Origin: Methanolobus sp. UBA118
GTDB taxonomy: Archaea; Halobacteriota; Methanosarcinia; Methanosarcinales; Methanosarcinaceae
DNA: 38,437 nucleotides
Direction: 5' to 3'
Assembly: GCA_002508635.1 (NCBI GenBank)
Contig: DACO01000145.1
Location: 1-38,437, forward strand
Positions 37,889-38,437 of this stretch are shown one piece after another. Both the position numbers and the translations under genes were made by a program. The notes beneath the pieces were generated by a model. That model had not been told where the DNA came from. It did not search any database and worked only from the letters and a program-made list of their open reading frames with translations. Each line of letters starts with the position of its first letter. Position 1 is the first letter of the stretch.

Positions 37889-38437
37889 TTACACACATGA
37901 ATACTACCGGATGTTTAAAACCATTGTGTTTGAAGATTTGCCTGGTTCTTTTAATTTGAAGATTGATCATTTTGCTGATTTTAGCATACTGATTTTGTTG
38001 ATTTTGGTTATTGCTACATCATTTTTCCGGATTTTAGTTTAATAGCTTGCAAAATAGATCACAACAGATGAAGATAGATGAGACAAAATTTCAGGATTTG
38101 CTATATCGACGGAATTTTGATGGTTACGGATTTCTGGAATCCTGTTTTTGTCCTCTGGATAACTCCGGGAAGATTTTTTGGCTAGAGAGCTACCCCATTA
38201 TTTCTACTGGAAGCCTATCTTTTTGTTAGGTTTGTTTAATCAAAAGTAATCTTTATATATCAGAATATCTATACTTACACTACCAGGTTTTTTTTGAAAT
38301 TTTAAAAAAAGATGTTTTCATCTTTTTTTGTGCATTCCAGTTGAAATCATAGGGTCACTGTGATTTATAAAGCTTCCAGTTGAAACAAAGGGGTTAAGTT
38401 CCATAGGAAGCTCTGAAGCTTATAACCATCCTGACCA

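Noticed and set aside
106-38229. Numerous short antisense or overlapping ORFs in the six-frame track (e.g. 1340..1951-, 6186..6950-, 9816..10514-, 35387..35881+, 38047..38229+)
   Set aside because: They are shadows of well-supported genes or lack an RBS and recognisable motifs.
38335-38386. TTCCAGTTGAAA repeated twice near the window end, as a possible CRISPR relic
   Set aside because: Only two 12-nt copies with no further similarity.

Overview
Archaeal chromosomal segment, most likely from a methanogen of the Methanosarcinaceae (ftr, mfnA, CooS-like, cysE-cysK; Methanolobus-like is an inference). 1-14.5 kb holds housekeeping and metabolic genes: SAM methyltransferase, nitroreductase-like protein, DUF4346 protein, aRF1/VLRF1-like factor, cysE-cysK, DNA pol IV, K+ channel, histidine kinase, an atypical CooS and ftr. 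32.7-37.9 kb holds a transglutaminase-like protein, USP, TraB, M50 protease and mfnA. Between them (about 14.6-32.7 kb) lies a visibly more AT-rich accessory island of about 17 intact envelope genes (lipoproteins with LolA-like, DUF4367 and I42 domains, WD40, NosD beta-helix and membrane proteins) plus many gene fragments. It ends in a membrane-anchored tandem winged-helix regulator. Main finding: nine copies of an 18-bp pseudo-palindromic motif (consensus AGTTKGAYRWTRTGGCCA) occur in island intergenic DNA. Each lies upstream of a TATA-like box, most at 5-8 nt, including in front of the regulator, which suggests an undescribed membrane-sensing envelope regulon. Also notable: a 170-bp duplication with the geometry of a single-crossover insertion, a repeat-flanked single-gene unit, a CooS with a Cys-to-Glu change at the C-cluster, and a perfect 13-3-13 palindrome upstream of cysE. 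Domain names come from recognising motifs by eye, not from database searches.
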